A model generated the notes under the pieces. That model made no database searches. It saw only the letters and a list, made by a program, of their open reading frames with translations, and had not been told where the DNA came from. Of a stretch of DNA of 25,399 nucleotides, positions 10,079-18,564 are shown one piece after another (the stretch's first letter is position 1; every line of letters starts with the position of its first letter). The stretch covers positions 1-25,399 of the IMG/VR virus record IMGVR_UViG_3300048578_000442; one strand, given 5' to 3'. Made by a program: the position numbers and the translations under genes. The DNA is from a virus. Lineage: Duplodnaviria; Caudoviricetes.

Positions 10079-11161
10079 TTAGGATACGATAGCCTGACGA
10101 ATAACAACCAAGCCCTTGCCATCTGTGCGACTACGTGAGCCACCAGCTCTTACAAGGAACGAATAGATGTCACCGTAAAAGGTTGGGTCGCCAATATTTT
10201 CAAAAGCGATAACATCACCTAACGCACGCTCTACCGATTGTGCATACCAGCAAACAATAGCTTCGCAGTCTGTTGCTGCTCCGGCAGCATTTACAGCGGC
10301 CAAGGTTGTGCCTGTATAAATTGCGCCGCTCGAGCGTTCCATTATATTGAAGCCTTGCACTTTCGCTATAATTCCGTTGCGACGTTCTTCCTCACTCACC
10401 AATCCCATATAGGTTGCTGTAACAACCGAGTCGGCAGGAAACAATTGCGGCACCATATTCGAAGGAATAAGTGCATACATCTGTCCATCAACCCAACGAC
10501 CTTGTGCGTGCAACGCGGTTCTTGCTGTTTGTAAGTCGGTAATTAAAGCAGCTTTACGTGTTCCTGTTGCTCCAGGGGCGGTTGCCGTAACAGCTGCACC
10601 TGTTGTTGGAATAATAAACGAGGTGTTTATGCCAAAAAGCCAGTTGTAAAGCATCTCTTTGGCTACGCGAAGGTTGAGATTTAACTTTTCTTCCATCAAA
10701 ATGGAATTACGCTTGTCGTATGTCAACTCAACGGTATCGGCATTCGAGATTCTAATTGGGTCTGTTGTGTATTCGGCTATCGAGTAATCGTTAATGGTAT
10801 CTGTTCGTGTTCCAATAGATGCAGGAAAAGACGATCTATTTTTCACTACGTTACCCGGTGCGCCTGCCTGTGGCTTGTGTACCACGGTACCAACAACGTA
10901 CTCGCTCGCGTCAACAGACTTCGACATAAATGAGTCATCGGGGAAAATAGATCCGGCAATGTCGCTAGTCCAAATCTCCTTTTGAATAGCCATTCCGAAT
11001 GCGCCAAGAGGTAAAAACTGAGCCGGAATAAAGGCTAGCCCAATTAATCCGCAAATAAACGGTAAAGGATTAAATCCGAGCGCAAAACCGAACACGGTTC
11101 CGAACATTACTGCCATAAACAAAACGGATGGCAGCTTCCGTAAACTGATATGCTTTTTCAT
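10079..11161 (-). CDS. Major capsid protein with hydrophobic N-terminal extension
   Basis: Follows the protease/scaffold gene; core MAIQKEIW...HKPQAGAP...ELTYDKRNS...DPTFYGDIYSFLVRAGG resembles capsid proteins of Bacteroidota temperate phages; 3' hairpin fits an abundant mRNA. Confidence 0.8.
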   Translation of the reverse strand: MKKHISLRKLPSVLFMAVMFGTVFGFALGFNPLPFICGLIGLAFIPAQFLPLGAFGMAIQKEIWTSDIAGSIFPDDSFMSKSVDASEYVVGTVVHKPQAGAPGNVVKNRSSFPASIGTRTDTINDYSIAEYTTDPIRISNADTVELTYDKRNSILMEEKLNLNLRVAKEMLYNWLFGINTSFIIPTTGAAVTATAPGATGTRKAALITDLQTARTALHAQGRWVDGQMYALIPSNMVPQLFPADSVVTATYMGLVSEEERRNGIIAKVQGFNIMERSSGAIYTGTTLAAVNAAGAATDCEAIVCWYAQSVERALGDVIAFENIGDPTFYGDIYSFLVRAGGSRSRTDGKGLVVIRQAIVS

Positions 11162-11198
11162 CTCTTTAAATGTTTTTGAAATGGTGGTTAAATACTAT

Positions 11199-12239
11199 TT
11201 AAGCGTTTGGTTTTGTACCAAACTTAGCCTCGAATTTTTCGGCATACAGCTCCGGATATTCGGCTTTAAGCTTCACAAGCTTGTTTCCTTTGTCAAGCTG
11301 TTCCCAGCTCATGTCGGCAAGCTTAGCGTACTCTTTTTCTTTTTTGTCTTTGCCTTCCTCTAGCTTACCCGCAACCGGAGTATGAGGTTTTGCTGCCAAC
11401 AAAATGGTTTTCGCGTTTTCGGGCGAAACTTCAAAGAGCTGTATATAAGCCTCTTTTTGCGCAGCATCAATGCGCCCGTCCTTAATCGCAGCATCAACCA
11501 AGGCAACGCCTTCCTCTTTTTTCTTTTTTTGGTCGGCTTCCTTTAGTGTCTTAATCTCACCTTCGAGAGAGGTCACTTTCTCCGATAGCGTTACTTTTTC
11601 GCTTTTCAAAGCGGTGTTTTCACTAACAAGGTTGCGTACTTTTTCTTCGCCTAACTCTTCGTTTTCATTGTCGGTAAGGCCAATGAGTGCCCAGAATGAT
11701 TTTCTCATCTTTTGTTCATTTTTTTGTTCAACTTTTAGCTTTTGAATTGGAGGCTCTTTTCCGTCCGATAATTGAATTAACTTATCGTCTTCATCATAAA
11801 GGGCAAGAGCATTATCGTTTCCTCCTATATCTACAATACTGGCTTCTTTCATTTTCCACTTCGTAACCGTCTCTCTGGTTTGACCTGGCTTTAACCATTT
11901 CTTTTCGCTGCTAGTTTCGAGAGGTTGAGCACCGACAGAAGCCATTTTATAAGTTTTGGATACTACTTTTTGAGCTATCAACTGACTAAACTCGTCAGGG
12001 TCAAAATATGGTTTACCATAAATCTTACCATCTGCACGCCTTAATTCAACCCAGTGTCCAAGCGGCAAAATAGCCTCCTTGCTATCCGCCCATGTGGCGC
12101 GACGGTGCATAAACAACATGATTGGATTTTTTTCAAATTGAGAAAGGTCGCCGCCTTCGGTAGATAACCAAAACCCGTAGCAGTTAATCGACTCATCGTG
12201 CAGAACAAATTCTATATCAACTTTAGTAATCAAATCCAT
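11199..12239 (-). CDS. Prohead maturation protease with C-terminal scaffold (Mu gpI-like)
   Basis: N-terminal NPIMLFMH...LPLGHW...MASVG...EASIVDIGGN protease motifs; C-terminal coiled coil with LVDAAIKDGRIDAAQK. Confidence 0.88.
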   Translation of the reverse strand: MDLITKVDIEFVLHDESINCYGFWLSTEGGDLSQFEKNPIMLFMHRRATWADSKEAILPLGHWVELRRADGKIYGKPYFDPDEFSQLIAQKVVSKTYKMASVGAQPLETSSEKKWLKPGQTRETVTKWKMKEASIVDIGGNDNALALYDEDDKLIQLSDGKEPPIQKLKVEQKNEQKMRKSFWALIGLTDNENEELGEEKVRNLVSENTALKSEKVTLSEKVTSLEGEIKTLKEADQKKKKEEGVALVDAAIKDGRIDAAQKEAYIQLFEVSPENAKTILLAAKPHTPVAGKLEEGKDKKEKEYAKLADMSWEQLDKGNKLVKLKAEYPELYAEKFEAKFGTKPNA

Positions 12240-12382
12240 GTCGTGTTACTTTTTGACACAAAGACACGCCTCAAAAAACCGCTTTACAAGCTCTTGCGCA
12301 AGCTTCGCACGCATTAGTGCAACGCTTTTACTACCAGCCGTTAACACACCTTCTTTGTCTCCACTTTTGCAGCAAAAAAGAG
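12240..12382. promoter_or_regulatory. Divergent late promoter region
   Basis: 143-bp gap between divergent late operons. Imperfect Bacteroidota -7 boxes: TGTCTTTG (minus, 12259-12266) and CACTTTTG (plus, 12362-12369). Central GCAA/TTGC-rich repeats. Confidence 0.55.
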
Positions 12383-12877
12383 ATGAAAAACGCGGACAAA
12401 AAAGAATGGGCGAAACTGCTCTTCACAAAAGAAAACCTGACGCAAAAAGAAATAGCGGCCAAGGTTGGCGTCAGCGTGCAAACCATTTGTAAATGGGTTA
12501 AAGACGAAGGCTGGGAACGTCTGAAAACGTCTATCATAATGACGAAAGAAGAGGAACTCCGCCGACTTTACGAGCAGTTAAGTGAATTAAACAAGTATAT
12601 AAAAGAGGTAGGCAACCCTATTGTTGATACAAAAAAGACAAAAGAAGCCCAAGAGACGGTATATACTTATGTGAAATATGCAACTGCCGCGCAATCCGAT
12701 ACTATTGCTAAACTATCGGCGGCTATCCGCAACCTCGAAACCGATATATCGCTAGCCGATACCATTACCGTTGCTCAAAAGTTTATCAACTTTTTGCGTC
12801 CTATCGACCTCGACAAGGCTAAAGAGGCAACCGCGCTATTTGATGCGTTTATTAAAGACTCAGCAAAAAAAGCTTAG
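12383..12877 (+). CDS. Terminase small subunit (DUF1804/Mu gp27-like, N-terminal HTH)
   Basis: HTH LTQKEIAAKVGVSVQTICKWVKDEGW; directly upstream of TerL. ATG 12383 preferred over the GTG at 12317. Confidence 0.8.
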   Translation: MKNADKKEWAKLLFTKENLTQKEIAAKVGVSVQTICKWVKDEGWERLKTSIIMTKEEELRRLYEQLSELNKYIKEVGNPIVDTKKTKEAQETVYTYVKYATAAQSDTIAKLSAAIRNLETDISLADTITVAQKFINFLRPIDLDKAKEATALFDAFIKDSAKKA

Positions 12878-12879
12878 CT

Positions 12880-14409
12880 ATGAAACAGATAGATAGACAA
12901 GCGTTGCGAGAATGGGATGAGTTACGGGACTCTATTTTAACGAGCACAACCGTTGACTACAACGAAACAGCGGCCGAGAAACTTAAACGTATTGCATACC
13001 TCGAAACTCACGACGAAGAGTGGTTTAAGTACTACTTTCCCAACTACGCCACCGCCGAGCCAGCCGATTTTCACAAAAAGGCAACTAAAAGAGTATTAAA
13101 CAATCCTGAATGGTACGAGGTTCGTGCATGGAGTCGTGAGCTGGCAAAAAGCACGCGCACCATGATGGAGGTGCTTTTCCTTACCCTTACTAAGCAGAAG
13201 CGAAATGTAATACTTGTAAGTGACTCAGCCGACAATGCAGAGCGGCTTATTACGCCGTATAAGATTAACCTAGAGGCTAACCAACGCATTATAAATGACT
13301 ATGGGATACAAGAAAATTTGGGTCACTGGGAGGCTCGCGAATTTATCACGCGTAAAGGTGCAGCGTTTCGTGCGCTCGGTGCCGGACAGTCACCTCGCGG
13401 AACGCGAAACGAAGCAATACGTCCCGATGTACTCCTTATTGATGACTTCGATACCGATGAAGATTGCCGTAACCCCGAAATCATTAAGAAAAAATGGAAC
13501 TGGCTTGAGCAGGCGTTAATCCCTACGCGATCTATTTCGGTTCCCTTGCTAGTCATTTTCTGTGGTAACATAATAGCAAAAGATTGCGGCATTACGCGTG
13601 CTATTAAAATGGCCGACCATTCCGACATTATCAACATTCGCGATAAAAACGGCGTGTCCAGTTGGCTAAACAAAAACACCGAAGCGCACATCGACCGTGT
13701 GCTTTCGAAAATAAGTTGGGCATCGGCGCAAAAAGAATACTTCAACAACCCGGTTAGCGAGGGTTCTACTTTCAAAGATATTACGTGGGGTAAAGTTCCT
13801 CCTCTTCATAAGTTCCGTTTTCTCGTTGCCTATGGCGACCCGGCACCAAGTAACAAAGAGGCAAAAGGAAAAACAGGTGCGTGCTATAAAACTATCGTGC
13901 TGTTAGGCGGTTACGAGGGAAAACTTTATATCGTTAACTGCTACTTACAACACGTAAAAAACGCCGAGTATGTTGGCTGGTACTACGACCTCGAGGAGTA
14001 TGTTAAGCATAAAACGCAGGTGTATAACTATATCGAAAACAACAGCCTTCAGGATCCTTTTTTCGAGCAGGTATTCATGCCGCTTTTCGCGCAGCTTGGT
14101 CGCGACAAAGGGCATTACATCAACATTACACCCGACACGCGCAAAAAGCCCGATAAGTTCGCGCGTATTGAAGGAAACCTCGAACCACTCAACCGCCAGG
14201 GTCGATTAATACTTAACGAGGCCGAAAAGGACAACCCGCACATGCTTCGCCTCGAAGAGCAGTTTAAAGCCATTGAGCCAACACTCAGCGCGCTTTGTGA
14301 CGGTGTCGATGCTGTAGAGGGCGGCTGGTTTATTGTCAACAACAAACTCTCTGCTGTTGCCGATAGTATAGTCGTTGGCGTTCGCCACGTAAACAATAAA
14401 CGCATGTAA
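12880..14409 (+). CDS. Terminase large subunit (Mu gp28-like)
   Basis: Variant Walker A WSRELAKST, GAGQSPRG, Walker B RPDVLLIDD, nuclease motifs YGDPA and DGVDAVEG. Confidence 0.9.
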   Translation: MKQIDRQALREWDELRDSILTSTTVDYNETAAEKLKRIAYLETHDEEWFKYYFPNYATAEPADFHKKATKRVLNNPEWYEVRAWSRELAKSTRTMMEVLFLTLTKQKRNVILVSDSADNAERLITPYKINLEANQRIINDYGIQENLGHWEAREFITRKGAAFRALGAGQSPRGTRNEAIRPDVLLIDDFDTDEDCRNPEIIKKKWNWLEQALIPTRSISVPLLVIFCGNIIAKDCGITRAIKMADHSDIINIRDKNGVSSWLNKNTEAHIDRVLSKISWASAQKEYFNNPVSEGSTFKDITWGKVPPLHKFRFLVAYGDPAPSNKEAKGKTGACYKTIVLLGGYEGKLYIVNCYLQHVKNAEYVGWYYDLEEYVKHKTQVYNYIENNSLQDPFFEQVFMPLFAQLGRDKGHYINITPDTRKKPDKFARIEGNLEPLNRQGRLILNEAEKDNPHMLRLEEQFKAIEPTLSALCDGVDAVEGGWFIVNNKLSAVADSIVVGVRHVNNKRM

Positions 14410-14411
14410 CT

Positions 14412-14825
14412 ATGTCATACTTAACCATAACAGACCTTAACACTCACCTCTACAACGAGTCGGTCGAAACCATTACACGTGGCGACACGGTTATAGCCGA
14501 AAGCGCTATTGATACCGCCATACAGGAAGCCAAAGGCTATCTGTCTCGTTTTGATGTTGCCGCCATTTTTGCCACCGAAGGAACCGCACGCAACAACCTG
14601 CTATTAACCTTCATTAAAGACATAGCAGTCTATCACTTAATGAGCTTGGCAAATGCGGGATTTGATTACGAAAAACGCAAAGAGCGCTACGAGCGGGCAT
14701 GTGCGTGGCTCAAAATGGTTATGCGTGGCGAGATAACGCCCGATTTACCAGCAGCGCCAATAGATACAGCGCCAAAGCCTATCATAACCTACGGCAGCAA
14801 CCCCAAGCGCGAGCAGCATTTCTAA
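14412..14825 (+). CDS. Head-tail adaptor, DUF1320/Mu gp36-like
   Basis: AIQEAKGYL...RFDVAAIF...DIAVYHL...RYERACAWLK...G...PDLP pattern. Confidence 0.82.
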   Translation: MSYLTITDLNTHLYNESVETITRGDTVIAESAIDTAIQEAKGYLSRFDVAAIFATEGTARNNLLLTFIKDIAVYHLMSLANAGFDYEKRKERYERACAWLKMVMRGEITPDLPAAPIDTAPKPIITYGSNPKREQHF

Positions 14826-14828
14826 CCC

Positions 14829-14856
14829 CGTAATTCGTAATTGTTAATTCGTAATT
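14829..14856. repeat. Heptamer tandem array, copy 2 (CGTAATT CGTAATT GTTAATT CGTAATT)
   Basis: Read directly; ends 9 nt before the portal ATG. Confidence 0.9.
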
Positions 14857-14865
14857 CAAAACAGC

Positions 14866-17409
14866 ATGGCCAAAAACACTATAGGTTTCAAGCAAACCGC
14901 CTCCGCTCCGCAAGTTGTCGTTAATCAACTTATTATTAAAGCACCTCGTCGTGAGATATTAACCGTTGGCAAGATCACAGCCGCGCTTCGCGCTGCCGAT
15001 ATGGGTAAGCGCACCGCCTTGTACGACATTTACGAGGAGTGTCTGCGCGACAACGTATTGTCCGAATCTATCGCCAAGCGTGTACGTGCCATTACCAACG
15101 CAAACCTTACTTTTCAGGTCGACGGGCAGCCTGTTCCTGAAATGGATGACTTGATGCAAACCTCTGCTTTTGAGGATTTGTTGAAAGAAGCTTTTCTTGC
15201 TAAGTTTTGGGGCAAAACAGTGCTTGAGCTAAGTTTTACAAACGGCTTTGGGGTGTACAATATACCGCGCAAGCACTTGCGGACAAAAACAAAAACCATT
15301 GCTTTAGACCAAAACAACGAGGGTACAGTATCGTACCTAGACAACGACTTTTTTATAGAAGTCGGTAAGGACAACGATTTTGGGTTGCTGCTCAATCTTA
15401 TTCCGTTTGTTATCTACAAGCGTGGCGGGTTTGGCGACTATGCGCAATATGTTGAGCTCTTTGGCATGCCCCAACGTATTGGCAAATACAACGCCTACGA
15501 CAACGAGTCGCGCAAAGTCCTCGAAGAGGCTATGGAGAAAATGGGTTCAGCTCCCTACTTAGTTGTACCAAAAGAAACCGACATAGAAACGGCTAAGACA
15601 GAAGGTAAAACTGGCGGCACGGTTTATACGGAATTTCGCGAAGCGTGTAACGAAGAAATGCTTATCGGTGTCCTTGGTCAAACAATGACAACACTAAACG
15701 GCAGCTCGCGCAGCCAGTCCGAAACGCACATGGAGGTTGAGGCCGACATGCACGCCGACGATCAGAAGTTTATTGCTCGCTTGCTTAACGAGCAACTTAC
15801 ATGGCGTCTCGAAAAACGTGGTTTCCCTGTTGCGGGCGGTAAATGGCTATTCCCTGAAAAGGGCGAAAACATTAGTCTTAAAGACCGTATAAACATTGAT
15901 GTTGAAGTAAATAAAAAAGTACCTATTCCAAAAAAATATTGGTATCAAACCTATGGGATCCCCGAGCCGCAAAAGGGCGAAGAAACAACTAGCGAGAGTC
16001 AACCCGCGAAGGAACCTACGCCGCCAACCCCGCCAGCGGATAAAAAAAAGGTTGAGAAAAAGCAAACAACGCTTTCTGACGACCTTAACCTATTTGAGCG
16101 CCTTTTTAGTTTTTTCGTCTCAGCCCCGGCAAAACAACCGACCGGGGCGAAGATATCGAGTGGCGTAATCCGCACGAATAGTATAGCGTTATCGGACATA
16201 CCAACATTCGATTATACGGCGCTATTAGTTCGTGTTGCTGCAGCTCAAAAAGCTGGCCAACCATTACGCTACGATGATGAACTAGCAAACTTCACCGCCG
16301 GGCAACTGGTTAAAGCTTTTCGCGCAGGTTGGCATGTAAATAAGAATATCAAACTTATCGATCCCGAGCTTTCCTATCATTTGCAAAATGATATGGTGCA
16401 AACGGCTATGGAGCAGAATATCTTCTACTTTTCGGCCGCAAAAGATGCCGCACAACTTAGTGAGCTCAACCGTTTATTCCGCGAAAGCAAAGGTTTTTCG
16501 GACTTCTTTAACAGCGCGCAAAAGCTTAACGACACATTTAACAAAACGTATCTGCAGACCGAATACGATACAGCTTATTTGACTGCCGAAAGCTCCGCTA
16601 CATACTACCGTCTTAAGTCTCAAATACAAACATTCCCTTTCTGGCAGTACATGACTGTCAACGACGGACATGTGCGTGCCGAACACGCCGCTTTGCACGG
16701 AATTATTTTACCAGCCAACGACAAACGCTGGTCTAAAATTTACCCGCCAAACGGATGGAATTGCAGGTGTTATATTATACCGCTTACGCGAGCTGAAGCC
16801 ACGGCCGAGCAGTTAGCTAAGAGTCGAATTTTAGCCGACGACTTCCTGAGCTCTGGCGAGTTTAAAACAGCTACAAAAAGCGGCTTCGGGGTTAACCGCG
16901 CCGAGCTTAAGCAGGTATTTACCGCTAACCAGCAGTATGTTGATAAAGCTACAGGTAAGAAGCTGTTTAACTTCAATTTTGCCGATTTCGGCTTAAAAGA
17001 AATGGGTAAGATAATGAGCAGCACAAACAACACCTTACAGCTGTTTAAAGGCGACGCGGGCGGCTGGTACTCCGCATTGAGTAAGATAGATGCGAACCCG
17101 GTGCTCACCGACTATGCAGGGCGAAACTTAGTCTTTGAAAAGAAAGCTTTCAACGACCATATTTCGAAAGCCGGACGTACTGAGATTCTTACAGGAGTAC
17201 CCGATACGGTTCAATATCCGGACGAGGTTTGGTTGAACAGCCATAAAAACAAAGAGATTGCCGACAACTATTTGTTTGTTAAATACTATCAGAACAAAAC
17301 GGTTGTTGTTTCTGCTCGCATAGCGGCTGATAAATATACGGTTGAAACATGGTTCGAATTGGCGCCAAACGCCGAAACGCTGGTAAGGCGTGGAATAAGA
17401 GTAAAATAA
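14866..17409 (+). CDS. Portal (DUF935/Mu gp29-like) fused to a MuF head-morphogenesis domain and a C-terminal PBECR2-like nuclease domain
   Basis: 847 aa. Portal motifs YVELFGMPQRIGKY and LGQTMTT...SRSQSETH; Pro-rich linker about 15960-16070; MuF motifs LQTEYDTA, WQYMTVNDGHVRAEHAALHG, YPPNGWNCRC; C-terminal ~100 aa (LTDY...FNDH...PDEVW...VKYY...TWF...RRG) resembling BECR-fold phage nucleases. Confidence 0.85.
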   Translation: MAKNTIGFKQTASAPQVVVNQLIIKAPRREILTVGKITAALRAADMGKRTALYDIYEECLRDNVLSESIAKRVRAITNANLTFQVDGQPVPEMDDLMQTSAFEDLLKEAFLAKFWGKTVLELSFTNGFGVYNIPRKHLRTKTKTIALDQNNEGTVSYLDNDFFIEVGKDNDFGLLLNLIPFVIYKRGGFGDYAQYVELFGMPQRIGKYNAYDNESRKVLEEAMEKMGSAPYLVVPKETDIETAKTEGKTGGTVYTEFREACNEEMLIGVLGQTMTTLNGSSRSQSETHMEVEADMHADDQKFIARLLNEQLTWRLEKRGFPVAGGKWLFPEKGENISLKDRINIDVEVNKKVPIPKKYWYQTYGIPEPQKGEETTSESQPAKEPTPPTPPADKKKVEKKQTTLSDDLNLFERLFSFFVSAPAKQPTGAKISSGVIRTNSIALSDIPTFDYTALLVRVAAAQKAGQPLRYDDELANFTAGQLVKAFRAGWHVNKNIKLIDPELSYHLQNDMVQTAMEQNIFYFSAAKDAAQLSELNRLFRESKGFSDFFNSAQKLNDTFNKTYLQTEYDTAYLTAESSATYYRLKSQIQTFPFWQYMTVNDGHVRAEHAALHGIILPANDKRWSKIYPPNGWNCRCYIIPLTRAEATAEQLAKSRILADDFLSSGEFKTATKSGFGVNRAELKQVFTANQQYVDKATGKKLFNFNFADFGLKEMGKIMSSTNNTLQLFKGDAGGWYSALSKIDANPVLTDYAGRNLVFEKKAFNDHISKAGRTEILTGVPDTVQYPDEVWLNSHKNKEIADNYLFVKYYQNKTVVVSARIAADKYTVETWFELAPNAETLVRRGIRVK

Positions 17410-17545
17410 TAAAGCCTTGCGTTCGGCAAGGCTTTATCAGTAGGCTAATCTTGTTTTTGCTCAGGCATTGCGCCATACTGTCCGACGTCCCCATCACCTA
17501 CTAGGGCTGACCTTTCAAACTTAAAAGCTACTCACAAAACTGTAT
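17403..17545 (-). ncRNA. Candidate structured small RNA convergent with the portal-MuF-nuclease gene
   Basis: Minus-strand TACTTTTG -7 box at 17548-17555 (a second, TAAGTTTG, at 17516-17523); long-range stem 17493-17503/17438-17449 whose two mismatches become G-U pairs only on the minus strand; ends in the terminator. Confidence 0.5.
17409..17437 (-). terminator. Intrinsic terminator, stronger on the minus strand
   Basis: Perfect 12-bp stem ATAAAGCCTTGC/GCAAGGCTTTAT; the minus strand ends GGCUUUAUUAUUUU. Confidence 0.7.
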
Positions 17546-17567
17546 ATCAAAAGTATATCATTTTATT

Positions 17568-17595
17568 CGTAATTCGTAATTTTTAATTCGTAATT
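17568..17595. repeat. Heptamer tandem array, copy 3 (CGTAATT CGTAATT TTTAATT CGTAATT)
   Basis: Read directly; ends 8 nt before the ATG at 17604. Confidence 0.9.
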
Positions 17596-17603
17596 ATTTA
17601 CAA

Positions 17604-18104
17604 ATGACACCCGAACAAGCTTTTAAACAACTCGATAACCTACGCGCAAACCTAAAAAAGCAGGCGGCGCAAGTGGTAGCTGAAAAAGCTGTAGCCTATT
17701 ACAAGCTTTCGTTTACACGCAAAAGCTGGGACGGACAGCCGTGGCAGGCTGTAAAAAATGAACCTAAACGCGGCTCTCTTATGGTGCGCTCCGGTAAGTT
17801 AATGGCTTCGATACGTCCTATACTGGTCACAATTGAAAAGATACGCATTCGCGCAGGCTCTCCGCAGGTGCCGTATGCACAAATACACCAGGAGGGCGGC
17901 ACCATTAACCATCCCGGAGGAACGCCTTATTTCTTCGACAAAAAGAAAAACAAAGCTATTTTTGTCTCCAAAAAAAACGGAGCAAATCTACCTGTTACCA
18001 GACCACACAAAATACCAATGCCACGCCGCCAATACATGGGTATAGGCTCGGCTTTCGCGGCTTATATACTAGCAGCATTACGTAACATTAAACTCATAAA
18101 ATAA
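17604..18104 (+). CDS. Phage virion morphogenesis protein (Mu gpG-like)
   Basis: WDGQPW...LMVRSGKLMASI...PYAQIHQEGG...MPRRQYMG motifs. Confidence 0.88.
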   Translation: MTPEQAFKQLDNLRANLKKQAAQVVAEKAVAYYKLSFTRKSWDGQPWQAVKNEPKRGSLMVRSGKLMASIRPILVTIEKIRIRAGSPQVPYAQIHQEGGTINHPGGTPYFFDKKKNKAIFVSKKNGANLPVTRPHKIPMPRRQYMGIGSAFAAYILAALRNIKLIK

Positions 18105-18529
18105 TGAAAGAAATCTTCCTCGCTATTTGCGACCGCTTAAAAACCGAAGTACCAGCCCTTAAGTGGATCGACTTCGACCTTGGGCAGCTCGATTTTTTCG
18201 AACAACCGCCCGTTGTATTCCCCTGCGCGCTGATAAAGATTATTTACCCAAACTGCGACGACCTTTCTGTAACTACACAACAGGTAGATGTTGCCATTAC
18301 CGTGCGCATAGCCTTTAACCCCCTTGGCGAAACTAACTTTGCCGCGCCCGACGCTGTGCGTAACCGTGCGTTGTCTATCTTTGATACAAACGAAGCTATA
18401 CACACAGCCTTGCAAGGGTTCGAAACTGATTCTTTTTCGTGCTTATCTCGAAAGTCATTTACCGAAGAGCCCCGCGAAGACGGTCTAAAGGTTTTTGTTT
18501 ACAACTGCGAATCGACCTTTGAAGAATAA
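18104..18529 (+). CDS. Tail terminator/neck protein (Mu gp37-like)
   Basis: LKWIDFDLGQLD...PPVVFPCALI...IHTALQG; coupled to gpG by a TAATG overlap. Confidence 0.72.
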   Translation: MKEIFLAICDRLKTEVPALKWIDFDLGQLDFFEQPPVVFPCALIKIIYPNCDDLSVTTQQVDVAITVRIAFNPLGETNFAAPDAVRNRALSIFDTNEAIHTALQGFETDSFSCLSRKSFTEEPREDGLKVFVYNCESTFEE

Positions 18530-18559
18530 AAAAAGCCCGGCATAACGCTGGGCTTTTTT
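18529..18559. terminator. Bidirectional intrinsic terminator
   Basis: AAAAAAGCCCGGC-ATAAC-GCTGGGCTTTTTT between convergent genes. Confidence 0.88.
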
Positions 18560-18564
18560 ATTCT

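Noticed and set aside
12317-12382. Upstream GTG start for TerS (likewise 23456 for sigma, 24517 and 24618 for small ORFs)
   Set aside because: The extensions cross promoter or neighbouring-gene sequence; downstream ATGs match family N-termini or operon coupling better.
13132-13160. Degenerate Walker A (WSRELAKST) as a sign of an inactive terminase
   Set aside because: The catalytic Lys-Ser/Thr, Walker B and nuclease motifs are intact; it reads as a lineage variant.
17279-17497. 72-aa minus-strand ORF as an immunity protein for the nuclease
   Set aside because: It runs through the terminator hairpin and overlaps the nuclease CDS in antisense; the sequence is not protein-like.
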